This document shows positions 20,658 through 30,056 of a stretch of DNA of 64,000 bases, in pieces. The stretch is from Acidimicrobiia bacterium (lineage in GTDB: Bacteria; Actinomycetota; Acidimicrobiia; Spongiisociales; ZC4RG35), in assembly GCA_965203555.1 (NCBI GenBank), contig CBDBCY010000004.1:1312001-1376000 (forward strand), written 5' to 3'. Each line of letters starts with the position of its first letter. Position 1 is the stretch's first letter. The notes beneath the pieces were generated by a model. It saw nothing but the letters and a program-made list of their open reading frames with translations. It did no database searches and had not been told where the DNA came from. Made by a program: the position numbers and the translations under genes.

Positions 20658-21371
20658 AGGGTCATCCTTTGACCTGCCCTGAACCCGCCCACGAACTCGT
20701 CGGGAGACACCAACGGGGACCACCATCTGAAGTTGTCAAGTGTTGGGCTGGCCAGAGATGCCTTCCAACCGCATGGCCCGGTCCACCCAGCAGCTTTCGG
20801 CAACTGATGACCCATAATCGCGGCTCGGACCGGCGCGATGACGTCCCACATGAGAGCACGGGATGCCCGAGGAGATGCCTCAACTGTCTGACGGACCGTC
20901 CGCCTAACGTCCATCACCCACTTCTTTAGCGACTGTTCGTTCTTCAACGAAAGTGGATATTACCCCCCCGTGTCCCAACTTGTGACAGGATCTTGTCTCA
21001 CCACCTACTGAGAGGCTCACCCTAAATTAGATCTATGACCACACAGCTTTTGATCGCTGGTGCCGTTCAACGCAGGTTCGAGTCGTTCGCCAAAATGCGT
21101 GGGAAGAGCCTCGGCGCCGATGGGGAAGGCTTGACTTCGTGCTGGGTGGTGGGAGATACGGAACCCGAACGGCATCGTCAAGGACCGAGCCAAATGGTCA
21201 CTCCAAGGCGGATATTTGGAAGATAGGTGATTCCCCAGGGCGGCGGACGAGGAGATCATGTTAGGTGCTCCCTTGCACTTGGTGGCGGGCTTCACGATCC
21301 GTGCCCTACGCTGAATCAGACCGAACCGGAAAGAGTGGGCGCAGCGGGTGGGGTGGCGAAGCCTCCGCTTT

Positions 21372-21570
21372 GTTTGGCGCGCCATCCTTCCCTTGGGCAC
21401 CCAGATCTTCAATTGCCATCAATCCGCCGTGAGCAAAGAACCAACCGAGGGACTGAACAAATCTCATCAAGCGCATCAACGACCAGCATTACGGTTCCCT
21501 AACTACCAGAGCGCCACCCAAGTCTCATCCGCTTGCTAACCCAGCCGGTAGCTCCCCTCACCGCCACTTC
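21372..21570 (+). pseudogene. Degenerate ISL3-family transposase C-terminal relic
   Basis: Reads QIFNCHQSAVSKEPTEGLN and, after a frameshift, LIKRI..NY; resembles the ISL3 tail pattern SNGPTEAINNLIKRIKR.AFGF.NF.NY. Confidence 0.6.
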
Positions 21571-21641
21571 CCTGTGGACCGATGGTTCCGTACTCAACGA
21601 CAGCAAAACGCTCCCCAGTTGTGCCGTTGGGCTTCGTTTCC

Positions 21642-22313
21642 CTATAGATGGTTCGGAATAGCAAGATGAACAACATCACGCTCCGTGTTCGAGATGCACC
21701 TGTCGAACCTCAATCGTGGATGTGGCATCTCAAGAGGTCCCACCATCCGCGCCTTATTGTAAAAGGCACTAAGGATAAAATCCATGAAACTATGTGGCGT
21801 CAAGGCTGCCGTAGCTGGGATCCGACAATGTTTGTATTGACCCAAAGTAAGGTGACTTTTGGGATGTGGCATTTTTGTTTGGCCACTGGTGTCACCCTTA
21901 AAGTCGAACCTTACCGGAACAGTCACGGTCCTTTTGTCAATTACATCCGCGTAGATCGGATCACTCCCATATATTTCTGGATCGTTCTGATACTCCAATA
22001 GGTCAGGTGCTGGTAAAAAAGCTAGTCGATGCCTAAGCAGGGCCTGATCAGACACCACGTACCTCATCTGTACCATAGCACCATCTAACATAAGAAGATT
22101 GAAGGACCGCTGCGACCGCTGCTCATAGTACGCCTGCGCATAGTCAAGATTCTTTAACATAGCGTTGTTCCAGTTGGGATGCTGGATACAATAGATGTTG
22201 GAGGCAGTTTGGGTTTCAAAGGCAACGTTCTGGTCATCAACCATACCCGCCAACACCAGACACCGCGTAATCTCACGTATTTCTCTAAGAAGGAGGCTGC
22301 GGTCAGAAGCCAT
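21642..22313 (-). CDS. DUF2290 domain protein (partner of the upstream helicase; anti-phage)
   Basis: HRLAFLPAP, PVRFDF, HPKSHLTLGQYKHCRIP; ATG 22313 after GAGGAG, overlapping the helicase end; low GC. Confidence 0.8.
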   Translation of the reverse strand: MASDRSLLLREIREITRCLVLAGMVDDQNVAFETQTASNIYCIQHPNWNNAMLKNLDYAQAYYEQRSQRSFNLLMLDGAMVQMRYVVSDQALLRHRLAFLPAPDLLEYQNDPEIYGSDPIYADVIDKRTVTVPVRFDFKGDTSGQTKMPHPKSHLTLGQYKHCRIPATAALTPHSFMDFILSAFYNKARMVGPLEMPHPRLRFDRCISNTERDVVHLAIPNHL

Positions 22314-24483
22314 TCTCCTCCTCAGCCTTGTAAAGGATACGCCGCAGTGCTTCCAATAGGTCCTGATCGAAATCTTCAATGTAATACCTATTACGCTCAA
22401 TATCTTCAACGAATCTGGCCATATTCTGGCGGTTCAGCTCGATGCCTTGACGTTCAGAGCTGGACATATCCCTGTGAACTCGAGTAATGGCTTCAAGCTC
22501 GCTAGTAGTGGGGTATCGGAATGACAATCTGAAGTCTGCACTTCGGATGCGTTCATACTCTTGCGCCAAGACATCCATGCCTAAACCAACGCCAGTGATG
22601 CGGACCCAAGCTTTGCTCCGTGTGATAGCGGTAAACAGAATGTTTCTCAATCGCGATGCATTGACGTTTCCTGTGGTGTGGCATTCGTCAGCATTCACGA
22701 CGTACACCATTGCAGCTTCATTACCTTTGGCTCTATAGATACCAGTACACGCAATGGAATCAGGTTGCCAAAAGTGATCAGGCTGTGTGGTAACTCCCGC
22801 ATGATGGTTGGGGATTCCTAAAGCAAGAAGGGCGTCGCGGACTACACCCAGCTTTCTCCGCGCCGTGGTAGGATTCGGACTAATGACAATGATGTCCTCC
22901 AAACCTAACTCATCTTTGGAGAGGTTATCCCTAATTGCCCCTGCAACCCACGCCGCCTGCATCGTCTCATTCGTGAATGTCTGCAACTTGATTAGATCGT
23001 CCACAGGTGAGTGTTCTTCGAGAAAAAGCGGGCTCGTTTCGGCTGTTCTCCTCAATGTAACATCGCTACCCAGCTCTAGGGTCCCGCCTGCCACCCTATA
23101 GCCTATCTCTAACCAAAGATGTGGATGATCAAACATCTGTACTAACCCCGAGCTATACCGGCCAAGATGTTTCCGATAGATTCCAAAGCCGAGGCCGTGG
23201 GCCGTTACTAGCAAAGGCCGTGAGTTCCGATAGCATTTCTCCAAAATGATGTCCTGTTTTGGAGACAAGGATCCTCCAATGTCTGTGAACTCTACGCGAG
23301 GCCTGCCTCCTTCTTCGCCGAATATGTCCTCGGGTGGTAATGTAGATGAATCTGTCAGGTTTTGGAGTTCGTCGTAAGCGTAAACTAAGCGTTTTGGTGG
23401 TTTAAGCACTTCATAGCACATCCGCAAGAAACTGGCGGGCAGATCCTGAGCTTCGTCTATGAGGATTGCGTCGTACAGATGCCGAGGGTCTCCGACTTTG
23501 TCCAGGGCCGCCCTCACAGCGCCATCAAACGCTCTTGTCGTGCCATACCGCTGCTTTGCCTTATAAAAGTCCAAATACTCAATATCATTCTCACGGCAGA
23601 ATTCGTAATATATGCCCCACCGCTCAGACGAACCCGGAGCACCCCAGGAGTTGACAATCCGAAGTTGGTCCCAGCGCGGTTCCTGGCCAATCTGTTCTAT
23701 GACAAAATTGTTGATTAGGCGATAAAAATACCCTTTCAGGGACCGCGTGTGGAAGGTCACAGCTATCTTCCAATGCGGGTTCTGGGCATGCAAATAGGCT
23801 GCCTTCAGTGCTAGGACTATCGTCTTACCGGAACCAGCCAGCCCCCTGATTCTTTGTACTCCGTTCACAGTCTCGATTACAGCACTATGTTGTTGCTGAT
23901 CTAAGACAGCGATGGAATCCTCAAGTCTTTGCAACCTTGATCCTCTAGAGGTTTTGGCAGTGAGCAACCTGGGCTGTCGTGGCTTCCGCAACGCCGTTAC
24001 GCTTTGCACAGCCGATAGGGTTAACCGATACAACGATTCTGAGAGGTTTGAAACCTCTCTAGATTTCTCCGCCAGCCAGGGCACCAAAGATGCTCGAGTG
24101 AGCACGGGATGAGAGGTTGAGGATGGAACAGAGGTTACAGCGGGGGCGTATGTAGCTGTATGGATAGGCACTGCCAACTTGCGGCTAGAAACTAACTCTC
24201 TATTCCTAAGTAGGCGGGCGTGGAGCATGTTGTAACCATGATCCTGTCGATCCGAAGAGCCTGTGAGATCAGTGCCTTCAATCAAATCAAAGCACACTAA
24301 ACCGTGTTCTGGAGAAACCAACAATGCATCAATCGTGTGGTGGCCGAGAGATGTGGGTAAGACCGGATAACCGAGAGAGAGTTGTCCCTGCAAGGAAGAC
24401 GAGACTAAGGTGTCAACCAATGATTCGCTAGCCACTGGTTTGCCATTGATGCCATTTGCTACAACAAGAGAGGGCGTATCCAT
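22303..24483 (-). CDS. Superfamily-1 (UvrD-like) helicase with N-terminal NERD-like region; helicase+DUF2290 defence pair
   Basis: QRIRGLAGSGKT, ILIDEAQD, AYDELQ, CYRN, IYRAKGNE, LFTAITRSK; low GC. Confidence 0.85.
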   Translation of the reverse strand: MDTPSLVVANGINGKPVASESLVDTLVSSSLQGQLSLGYPVLPTSLGHHTIDALLVSPEHGLVCFDLIEGTDLTGSSDRQDHGYNMLHARLLRNRELVSSRKLAVPIHTATYAPAVTSVPSSTSHPVLTRASLVPWLAEKSREVSNLSESLYRLTLSAVQSVTALRKPRQPRLLTAKTSRGSRLQRLEDSIAVLDQQQHSAVIETVNGVQRIRGLAGSGKTIVLALKAAYLHAQNPHWKIAVTFHTRSLKGYFYRLINNFVIEQIGQEPRWDQLRIVNSWGAPGSSERWGIYYEFCRENDIEYLDFYKAKQRYGTTRAFDGAVRAALDKVGDPRHLYDAILIDEAQDLPASFLRMCYEVLKPPKRLVYAYDELQNLTDSSTLPPEDIFGEEGGRPRVEFTDIGGSLSPKQDIILEKCYRNSRPLLVTAHGLGFGIYRKHLGRYSSGLVQMFDHPHLWLEIGYRVAGGTLELGSDVTLRRTAETSPLFLEEHSPVDDLIKLQTFTNETMQAAWVAGAIRDNLSKDELGLEDIIVISPNPTTARRKLGVVRDALLALGIPNHHAGVTTQPDHFWQPDSIACTGIYRAKGNEAAMVYVVNADECHTTGNVNASRLRNILFTAITRSKAWVRITGVGLGMDVLAQEYERIRSADFRLSFRYPTTSELEAITRVHRDMSSSERQGIELNRQNMARFVEDIERNRYYIEDFDQDLLEALRRILYKAEEENGF

Positions 24484-24810
24484 GGGAGGAGTCTGGAGAG
24501 GAGTAGTCGGGTGTGGTCGATTCGTTTGGTGTGCAGTCTACCCCTTTGAATCGGGGTGCATCACTCTAACGGAGTTGCTTAGCGTGACCCGAGAAGCGGC
24601 AGGTCTGCCAACAACCTTCCAAGGTCGATCCCGGCCGCCACGGAAGCCGTGCAGACACCACCTTGTAGCTCAGAGGCTGTTTTACGACTCACAAGAATGA
24701 GACCTTCAACAATGTGCCTGAGTCAACTGATGCCAATAGAGGATAAGGAAGCTCATCTGCCTCCTCCCCCGATCATCCTTGCATTTCTGGACTCTTATGC
24801 CATAATTGCA

Positions 24811-25980
24811 ATGATGATCCCGCGTCGTCTACATTCACATTTGCAGGATCTCCTGTCGGAGTATCCCGCCGTTGCCTTGATCGGGCCCCGGCAGGTGGGG
24901 AAAACAACCCTGGCCTGGCAGATCGCCAACGCAGTGGACTCTGTCTATCTCGACTTGGAATCACCGTCCGACTTGGCGAAGCTGTCCGACCCCGAGCTAT
25001 ATCTGGCCGACCATCAGCACAGGTTGGTCATCCTGGATGAGGTGCATAGGGCACCGGACCTATTCCAAGCCCTTCGCGGACTCATAGATCGGGGAAGGCG
25101 CAGCGGGCAAGGAGTGGGGCGGTTTCTTCTGCTGGGGTCCGCCTCGATGGAGCTGCTGCGGCAGTCGGGCGAGAGCCTGGCCGGTCGCATCGCCTACCTT
25201 GAACTCGGTCCGCTGGGCGTGACGGAGGTGGGATCAAACGACTGGTCGCACCTTTGGGTGCGAGGCGGATTCCCCAACAGCTTCCTGTCGGTTGACGACC
25301 GCCGAAGCTTCCTATGGCGACAGAACTTTATCCGGACCTATCTCGAGCGCGATATTCCCCAGTTCGGTCGGCGTATCCCCGCCGAGAGGCTCAGGCGATT
25401 CTGGGTGATGCTGGCCCATGCCCAGGGGGGGCTGCTCAACGCGGCGGCACTGTCACGCGGCCTCGGAGTGGACGGCAAGACCGTCTCCCGCTACTTGGAC
25501 CTGATGGCCGATCTGCTGCTGGTGCGGCGCCTGCCACCTTGGCGCATTAGCACAGGTAAGCGTCTTGTCAAGTCCCCGAAGGTCTATGTCCGCGACAGCG
25601 GGATCGTGCATGCGCTGCTGGGTCTGACCTCCAAGGAGGACCTTCTCGGTCATCCCGTAGTCGGGGCAAGCTGGGAGGGGTTCGTCATCGAGACCCTCGT
25701 GTCACGGCTGCCGGATGGAAGCGAAGCGAGCCACTACCGCTCGTCTGGTGGAGCGGAAATCGATCTGGTCGTGAAATTGCCCGGGCGTCGCCCGTGGGCG
25801 ATCGAGGTGAAGAGAAGCCTCAACCCCCGGCCGCGCAGGGGATTCCACAGCGGCTGCAGAGACGTGAGCCCGGAGAGCAAATTCGTCGTCTATCCCGGAG
25901 CAGAGCGTTACAGGATCACACCGGATACCGAAGCTGTCCCGCTGCTTGACCTGGCGCAAGACTTGAGCCGAGCAACATAG
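24811..25980 (+). CDS. AAA_14 ATPase with DUF4143 domain
   Basis: GPRQVGKTT, ILDEVH, LLGSAS, ESLAGR, RGGFP, KRLVKSPKVY.RDSG, EIDL..IEVK. Confidence 0.9.
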   Translation: MMIPRRLHSHLQDLLSEYPAVALIGPRQVGKTTLAWQIANAVDSVYLDLESPSDLAKLSDPELYLADHQHRLVILDEVHRAPDLFQALRGLIDRGRRSGQGVGRFLLLGSASMELLRQSGESLAGRIAYLELGPLGVTEVGSNDWSHLWVRGGFPNSFLSVDDRRSFLWRQNFIRTYLERDIPQFGRRIPAERLRRFWVMLAHAQGGLLNAAALSRGLGVDGKTVSRYLDLMADLLLVRRLPPWRISTGKRLVKSPKVYVRDSGIVHALLGLTSKEDLLGHPVVGASWEGFVIETLVSRLPDGSEASHYRSSGGAEIDLVVKLPGRRPWAIEVKRSLNPRPRRGFHSGCRDVSPESKFVVYPGAERYRITPDTEAVPLLDLAQDLSRAT

Positions 25981-26003
25981 TCTTGGGAGCGTATCTCCCA
26001 AGA
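25981..26003 (+). terminator. Hairpin immediately after the AAA_14 gene
   Basis: TCTTGGGAG-CGTAT-CTCCCAAGA, perfect 9-bp stem. Confidence 0.55.
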
Positions 26004-26028
26004 TGCTGTTGAAGACTGCGGAGGTAAG

Positions 26029-26111
26029 TAGGGTTTGGCCCGTCCCCTTCAATCCGAACCCATACAGTAGAGGAGACAATGGCCGAGATGCCCTGCCCAG
26101 CGGAGAACGGA
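26029..26111 (+). repeat. Diverged copy A of the cyclophilin promoter, 5'UTR and first 11 codons
   Basis: TAGGGTTTGGCCCGTCCCCTTCAATCC..ATACAG..AGGAG..ATGGCCGAGATGCCCTGCCCAGCGGAGAACGGA aligns with 28352-28436. Confidence 0.85.
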
Positions 26112-27443
26112 CTGGACTCGTTGATCGCCGCACTGAAGGCGGATCACGCCGAACGGAACCCGCGGTCGGCCGCCGCGTTTGAGTCTGCTCTACGGGTCAT
26201 GCCGGGTGGCAACTCGCGCACACAGCTCTACTTCGAGCCGTTTCCCTTCTATGTCGATCATGCCGAGGGTCCGTACCTCCACGATCTGGACGGCCATCGC
26301 TACCTGGATGTCGTCAATAACTACACCAGCCTGATCCACGGCCATCCCGACTCCGAGACCGTCCGGGTTATCGCCGATCAGGCTGCCCGCGGCACGGCCC
26401 ACGCCGCGCCGTCACCCTCGGAGATTGAACTGGCCAAGGAGATCACCGGTCGGGTGAACAGCATGGAGATGGTACGGTTCACCAACTCGGGCAGCGAGGC
26501 GGTCTTGTACGCCATTCGACTCGCTCGACATGTCACTGGCCGCGCCGACGTGATCAAGGCAGAGGGCGGGTATCACGGAGGTGCTGAGTCCGTGCAGGTG
26601 AGTGTGAAGCGCCTGGGCCTCGATGAACCGGCGGCCCTGCCCGAGGAGGGCGTCCCCGAAAGTGTCGCCAGCGCCACGCATGTGATCCCCTTCGACGACA
26701 TCGACGAAGCCGTTCGATTGATCGGTGCCCGCGGCCCGGCATCGGCGGCGCTCATCGTGGAACCGATCCAGGGATTCGGTGGTGGCCTGAAGCCGCCGGA
26801 CGGCTACCTGGAGGCGATCTCCAAGGCGGCCTCGGACACCGGAACGCTGGTGATCCTCGATGAGATCCAGACTCTCCGGTACGCATACGGCGGCATCCAA
26901 CAGACGCTCGGCCTCACCCCCGACCTCACCGTCTTGGGCAAGCTGATCGGCGGCGGCCTCCCGGTTGGCGCTTTCGGCGGCTCGGAGGAACTGATGTCGG
27001 CGACCGACCCTCGAAGCCCGGGAGTGATGACCCAGAGCGGCACGTTCAACGCCAATCCCCTAACGATGTCCGCGGGCGTCCACGCACTTCGAAAGCTAAC
27101 CCCGGAAGCCATCGACCGCCTCAACTCCAACGGCGACGACCTGCGCGCCTGGATCAACGCCGAGTGCACGGAGCGCGGCCTGCCGCTGGTCGCCGGAGGA
27201 TACGGGAGTCTCCTGCAACTACATGTGGGGTCCGACCTTCCGACCAGCTACCGGCAGGCCAAGGCGCGGCCAATCGAGCCACTGACGGCGCTGTTCTACC
27301 TCCTCATGGAACGCGGCGTTTTCACCGCACCGTCGAGAGTCATAGTGGCGCTCTCAACCGCGATGCGCGAAACACAACTCGACGAACTCCGCGAGGCCAT
27401 TGCATCGTCGCTCGACGTTTTGTCAAAAGTAATGGCTGATTAG
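26079..27443 (+). CDS. Class-III PLP aminotransferase (glutamate-1-semialdehyde aminomutase-like) with cyclophilin-derived N-terminus
   Basis: MPGGNSR, DLDGHRYLD, RFTNSGSEA, GGYHG, ILDEIQT, LGKLIGGGLPVGAFGG, SGTFNANP. Confidence 0.9.
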   Translation: MAEMPCPAENGLDSLIAALKADHAERNPRSAAAFESALRVMPGGNSRTQLYFEPFPFYVDHAEGPYLHDLDGHRYLDVVNNYTSLIHGHPDSETVRVIADQAARGTAHAAPSPSEIELAKEITGRVNSMEMVRFTNSGSEAVLYAIRLARHVTGRADVIKAEGGYHGGAESVQVSVKRLGLDEPAALPEEGVPESVASATHVIPFDDIDEAVRLIGARGPASAALIVEPIQGFGGGLKPPDGYLEAISKAASDTGTLVILDEIQTLRYAYGGIQQTLGLTPDLTVLGKLIGGGLPVGAFGGSEELMSATDPRSPGVMTQSGTFNANPLTMSAGVHALRKLTPEAIDRLNSNGDDLRAWINAECTERGLPLVAGGYGSLLQLHVGSDLPTSYRQAKARPIEPLTALFYLLMERGVFTAPSRVIVALSTAMRETQLDELREAIASSLDVLSKVMAD

Positions 27444-27512
27444 GCTGGTCGCCTCTCGAGGATCAAGTCAGTCCGGCGCTGCTGCCTCACCGCAGTCAGT
27501 CGAAGCCGTGGG

Positions 27513-27992
27513 TTACGGTCTTCTCCTGACTGGCGGGTCGGTGGCCCTCAGGCTTGATCCGAGTATTGGGTCCCGTGTCTTCAGTTCTGGGTAAGAGAGA
27601 AGTCGCCGTCCCCGGGTCATGAGCGCTTCAACGCCATGGGCTATACAGATCGCCACCATCCTGGCGTCGTGGACGACTCCCCCGATCACTCTGGGGCGTT
27701 TCACGAAACGGCCCAGTATCCGAGGAAAGTCCTCGGTCTCTCGTATCAGCCTCATTGAAGGAGAGGATGTCCAAGCGGCGAGTTGACGCCATGATTGCTC
27801 TGGACTCGTGGCCCTGTCCTTCCAGATGCGAGGGTTGGTAACAACGCTGTGGAACTCATAGCAGCAGGGCCAGGGAATGGCCCATGCATCGTTTCCTTCC
27901 GCCAACCCGTGTATGATCGATGCGGCTGCCTCATGGTGTCTCGACTCTCGGCGGTGTGCATACACAAGTGTGTTCGTATCGACGGCGATCAT
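27513..27992 (-). CDS. vapC: VapC PIN-domain toxin (last acidic motif apparently scrambled)
   Basis: MIAVDTNTLVYA, YEF..VVT.P, HDA; ATGA overlap with the antitoxin gene. Confidence 0.85.
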   Translation of the reverse strand: MIAVDTNTLVYAHRRESRHHEAAASIIHGLAEGNDAWAIPWPCCYEFHSVVTNPRIWKDRATSPEQSWRQLAAWTSSPSMRLIRETEDFPRILGRFVKRPRVIGGVVHDARMVAICIAHGVEALMTRGRRLLSYPELKTRDPILGSSLRATDPPVRRRP

Positions 27993-28237
27993 CGGGACTC
28001 GGGCTCGCCGTAAATGACCTGTCGGAGATCCTGCCATGGATACATCCCCAAGGGGTCCCGCCCGCCCGAGTCGCCCACGCTGTGGTCGGGTAGCCGGTAA
28101 GGCTGGCGGGGAGTCGGGTTGGAGAGCACGTGGTGAAGTCCTTCTTCAATCACGGCGCGCAATGGGCGTCCGGTCCGCCGCGCGTGCCGCTTGGCGCGTG
28201 CCAGCAATTCGTCGTGGATATCAACCGTCGTCTTCAC
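27989..28237 (-). CDS. vapB: VapB-type ribbon-helix-helix antitoxin
   Basis: VKTTVDIHDELLARAKRHA..TGRPLRAVIEEGL; directly upstream of the PIN gene. Confidence 0.85.
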   Translation of the reverse strand: MKTTVDIHDELLARAKRHARRTGRPLRAVIEEGLHHVLSNPTPRQPYRLPDHSVGDSGGRDPLGMYPWQDLRQVIYGEPESR

Positions 28238-28351
28238 GAGACCCAAACTTAGCCATATAGAGGCTCTCACATTGACCATATCACTGGGGAGGAAACGCGA
28301 ACCTCAAAGACATGACCCCTCCGGCATGCCGCAGGAAACAGCGGGCGTGAT

Positions 28352-28436
28352 TAGGGTTTAGCCCGTCCCTTCAATCCCAGATACAGCAATAAAGGAGCCT
28401 TCAGTGGCCGATACGCCTTGCCCGGCGGAGGACGGA
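28352..28436 (+). repeat. Copy B: cyclophilin promoter (TGn-TAGGGT-like -10), SD and first 11 codons
   Basis: TAGGGTTTAGCCCGTCCCTTCAATCC..ATACAG..AAGGAG..GTGGCCGATACGCCTTGCCCGGCGGAGGACGGA. Confidence 0.8.
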
Positions 28437-29000
28437 TCGAGTCCCGTCCGTCGCAAATTCCCGAAGCCACCCCCCATGTGTATTGATGCGGCCAAGTCCT
28501 ACACCGCCGTGATGGAAACGTCAATGGGGACGATGACCATCGCGCTTGACGCCATCTCGGCTCCCCGCACCGTGAACAACTTCGTGGTGCTGGCCCGCTA
28601 CCACTACTACGACGGCGTGATCTTCCACCGCATCATCAAAGGCTTCGTCTGCCAAGGCGGCGATCCCACCGGCACGGGCCGGGGCGGCCCCGGCTATCGC
28701 TTCGCCGACGAGTTGCCCAAACCGGGACGCTACGAAGTCGGCTCGCTGGCCATGGCCAACGCCGGGCCCAACACCAACGGCAGCCAGTTCTTCATCATCA
28801 GCGGGCCCCATGGCCGCCGACTCCCGCCGCAGTACTCGCTGTTCGGCAAGGTGGTGAAAGGCCTCAACGTAGTGGACGCTATGCAAAAGGTAGCCACCGA
28901 CCGCAACGACCGTCCGCTGACCGACGTGACGATCAACTCGGTGACGATCACCGAGTCAGACGGCCGACGGTGGAGAAAGCGCTCAATCTCTCGGGGTTGA
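28404..29000 (+). CDS. Cyclophilin-type peptidyl-prolyl cis-trans isomerase
   Basis: APRTVNNF, YYDGVIFHRII.GFVCQGGDPTGTGRGGPGY, LAMANAGPNTNGSQFFI, YSLFGKV. Confidence 0.95.
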   Translation: MADTPCPAEDGSSPVRRKFPKPPPMCIDAAKSYTAVMETSMGTMTIALDAISAPRTVNNFVVLARYHYYDGVIFHRIIKGFVCQGGDPTGTGRGGPGYRFADELPKPGRYEVGSLAMANAGPNTNGSQFFIISGPHGRRLPPQYSLFGKVVKGLNVVDAMQKVATDRNDRPLTDVTINSVTITESDGRRWRKRSISRG

Positions 29001-29035
29001 TCCCTATCCGCCAATGAGCGACAAAGGCCCCCGGT

Positions 29036-30037
29036 TCAGCCGCGGTTTCCCAACAGAGGGAGTACCTGGTCGGCAGTTTGTGTAACCATCCGGTCAACCC
29101 GGTCACTGGGCATCGGGAAGAGCGCCACACAGTCCACGCCGATCTCGTAGAAACTCTCGATCTTGGCAGCTACCTCCTCGGGTGACCCGGCGATGGTGAG
29201 GTCCTCTATCCACTGATCGGGCATCCCGTCGCGCACCGCCTGGTAGCCACCCCGGTCGATCAGCCCTCGGAGTTGTTCGGACATCCCGTATATGTCGGTC
29301 AGGGCGTTGGTGCCGAGCGACTTGTAGAAGGCAAGGGGACCGCGAACAGCTTGGCGGGCTTCTTGGGGATCGTCGGCCACCGAATAGATGGCGAAGAGGG
29401 TGATCCGGTGCGGTCCTGACCGTCCTGCCGATCGCCGTCCCTCATCGATCCGTTCCCTGGCCCAGCGCACGTAGTCGTGTCCGGCCGCCACGGACAGCAC
29501 CGTGCCGTCAGCGATCTCTCCTGACAGGCGGAGCATCTTGGGCCCGGACACGCCCATGTGGATCGGGGTGGGGACCCCCGTTTCGGGATAGGTGAGCCTC
29601 ACGTCGTGGAAGTCGAACACATCGCCTTCCCCGTCGAGCGTCTCTCCCGCGAGCAACCGCCTCAACGAGGAAACGCACTCGCGCATCGCCGCCAGCGGGG
29701 ACCGGGGATGCAGGCCCATCTGGCGTATCCATCCGGGCACACCCAGCCCGATACCGGCGATCAACCGTCTCGGGTAGGCGGCCGAGATGGTCGAGATCTC
29801 CATGGCCAGGAGCGCCGGATGCCTCACCATCGCCGACACCACGCCGAGCCCCACCGTGGTCCGTTCGGTCGAGGAAAGCACGAGCGAGGCGCCGGAGATG
29901 CCGCCGGTGAAGAAGAAGTCCTCCGCGAGCCAGATCTCGTCAAAGCCTCCCTGCTCAGCGGTGCGCGCCGCGGAAGCCAGGTCCGAGGGCGCTATGGCGC
30001 TGCCCAGCACCAGACCGATCGCTTTGTCTACGGGCAT
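29036..30037 (-). CDS. LLM-class flavin/F420-dependent oxidoreductase
   Basis: GFDEIWLAED, RHPALLAME, GPKMLRLSGEIADG. Confidence 0.9.
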   Translation of the reverse strand: MPVDKAIGLVLGSAIAPSDLASAARTAEQGGFDEIWLAEDFFFTGGISGASLVLSSTERTTVGLGVVSAMVRHPALLAMEISTISAAYPRRLIAGIGLGVPGWIRQMGLHPRSPLAAMRECVSSLRRLLAGETLDGEGDVFDFHDVRLTYPETGVPTPIHMGVSGPKMLRLSGEIADGTVLSVAAGHDYVRWARERIDEGRRSAGRSGPHRITLFAIYSVADDPQEARQAVRGPLAFYKSLGTNALTDIYGMSEQLRGLIDRGGYQAVRDGMPDQWIEDLTIAGSPEEVAAKIESFYEIGVDCVALFPMPSDRVDRMVTQTADQVLPLLGNRG

Positions 30038-30056
30038 GACTTACTTCCTGCGGTCA

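Noticed and set aside
20654-21370. Small ORFs or a further IS remnant upstream of the PLD-helicase
   Set aside because: No recognisable motif, RBS or matching inverted-repeat pair; may be decayed mobile DNA but cannot be supported.
13977-24483. Complete DISARM or BREX system
   Set aside because: No DrmA/DrmB (DUF1998), PglZ, BrxC or BrxL; the second helicase is SF1 and belongs with DUF2290.
26079-27443. Housekeeping hemL
   Set aside because: Same fold, but no hem genes nearby, divergent motifs (GGNSR, YHGGAE) and an accessory context; no symbol assigned.
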